Shown here in pieces: positions 62,349 through 64,000 of a stretch of DNA of 64,000 nucleotides. The notes beneath the pieces are model-generated. The model was not told where the DNA came from and did not search any database. It saw nothing but the letters and a program-made list of their open reading frames with translations. The translations under genes and the position numbers were made by a program. Numbering within the stretch: position 1 is the stretch's first letter; each line of letters starts with the position of its first letter. The DNA is taken from assembly GCA_052327205.1 (NCBI GenBank), contig CM126234.1, positions 29,388,001-29,452,000 on the forward strand, written 5' to 3'. The DNA is from Somniosus microcephalus. Lineage: Eukaryota.

Positions 62349-62779
62349 ATCCTATCCCTTGTGACCAACCACAGTGGAGCTCGAGGGCTCCGCACAGTCT
62401 GCTGCTGGTTTAAGTCTAATTTTACCGAGCGTTTCCCCTCCCCACCACCACAGTTCTTCCTGATAAAGCTGCAGCTAGTGGAGGAAGCCACTGAGAAAAA
62501 AGTGTCAGTGTGAGTGAGCGGCTTTTACCAAAACAGAACATTGAACTTTAATGGGACATTGTCTTCTGGTCATGTCTTGTGACACTTTATCAGGTTTGTG
62601 AACAGGGGAATGGCACACAATGACATCAGCACATCACCAATCACATCTGCTGCTACAAATCTGTAACGGTTAATAAAGACTAATACTTGAAAGCCCCCAG
62701 AAAGCACGTACAATATCTACTATAAGGCAAGCTGGTGCCTGAGTGGAGTGTTTTTCTTTGAGTAAGTTGTGCTTGATTG

Positions 62780-63130
62780 TTTCAAGAATTTGGCTCTCGA
62801 AACCCACCCCCGCCCCTTCTTAAAGAGGGCATCTTGCCCCAGAAATCCCTTCTTGAAAATCAAAAGAATTAACTTTCCGTTAATTGTTTTTGAAAGTAAT
62901 TTTCTCCTCTCTCTTTCCCTTGGTGTCCCTGCAGCGCACACTAACTGCGGCTAAGCAGGCAGGCCGCATGCTCCTAGCTTTCTGCGAAGGGTGAGCACAA
63001 ACTCAGACCTTCGTGCTCTGTAGCAACCAATGACGGCCCAAGGTGTTGTGTTGCATTTCTTTATTTAGAAAATTGGCGAAGAGCTCTCGTCGGAAGTTCT
63101 GGCTTGTGCTCACGGTGCGTAGAAATTAAA
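62780..63130. promoter_or_regulatory. Possible promoter or enhancer-like segment
   Basis: Local CpG retention with a GC box (62808-62816), RFX half-site GTAGCAAC (63020), CCAAT (63027), TGACG (63031), ATTGG (63072) and ETS core CGGAAG (63091). Motif evidence only. Confidence 0.3.
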
Positions 63131-63204
63131 TCAACATCAGCAGATACAATAATCAGGGCCAGGGGTTTCCAACACTTTTCACCATTTGAACCCTGTGTTG
63201 ATAT

Positions 63205-63545
63205 GGGGTATGGTAGCATAGTGATTATGTTATGGACTAGTAATCCAGAGGCTAATGATCCGGAGACGTGAGTTCAAATCCCACCACGGCAGCTGGGGAA
63301 TTTAAATTCAGTTAATTAAATAAATCTGGAATAAAAAGCGAGCATCAGTCATGGTGACCATGAAACTGCTGGATTGTTGTAAAAACCCATCTGGTTCACT
63401 GGAAGGAAATCTGCTGCCCGTATCCGGTCGGGCCTATATGTGACTCCAGACCCGTTGAAATGTGGCTCACCGCTACCTTCTCAAGGGCAATAAATGCTGG
63501 CCTTGCCAGTGACGCCCGCATCCCGTGAATGAATTTTAAAAAAAA
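63205..63545 (+). mobile_element. tRNA-derived SINE sharing its 3' tail with the second CR1-clade LINE family
   Basis: A box tggtagcatagtg and B box gagttcaaatccc. The 3' end ggctcacc..ccttctcaagggcaataaatgctggccttgccagtga..catccc matches 47711-47800. Confidence 0.85.
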
Positions 63546-64000
63546 TTCAGTCACTGCTCATTTTGATGGAATAACCAGTGTTCATTATATTTAATTAAAA
63601 TATCAGCACAGAAAAAACTCAACCATGATGCCAGGGCTCACAAAATGGTGGCACCACCTCGACGAGGTACATGACCTGCCCCTCCTATGTCATGAAGTTA
63701 AGCTCTTTAATGGTGTGATTTTTAAAAGGGATTGGGGGGAGGGGGGGGGGGGGTGGACTAATGAGGAGACTCCTTCTTTAAGATTGATTTTTTTTTCTGG
63801 CAAGTTACAATTGATGTTGGGAGGACTGTACTGCAATTTAAATTATTGACCAAAAGATGGGGTGCGAACGATTTGTCACTTAGCTTCTTGCTTTATCGTT
63901 CCCGAATGCAAAGGAATTATGCATTTATACTACGAGGTGTGTGCGCAATAAATGGTTATTACAGAACCACATTCGATCCTTATTAGAGACCCCCAGAATC

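Overview
Vertebrate genomic DNA, almost certainly an elasmobranch (shark or ray): it carries an HE1 V-SINE, HER1/CR1 LINEs and SacSINE1-type Deu-SINEs. The only host coding sequence I can support is the terminal exon (26125-26304, +) of a C1q-like gene closest to C1QL4. Its first exon is not in the window, so 1-26124 is probably one intron of more than 26 kb. About 26.3-28.9 kb looks like a long 3' UTR, and the rest appears intergenic. Nearly every other long ORF is a decayed non-LTR retrotransposon (two CR1-type families, L2, Vingi, L1-clade, Penelope ends) or noise. DNA-transposon MITEs with clean TIRs and TSDs are present (two Harbinger-like, one hAT-Charlie/MER3-like). The best leads are LF-SINE-like elements in a shark, a MITE-borne candidate poison exon in the C1QL intron, a 5'-inverted L2 copy, decayed Penelope hammerhead motifs, a duplicated SINE-adjacent segment, and clustered miR-96/182 and miR-19 sites. 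I do not see a clearly novel multi-gene system. Family names rest on recalled consensus sequences, not on searches, and most repeat boundaries are approximate.
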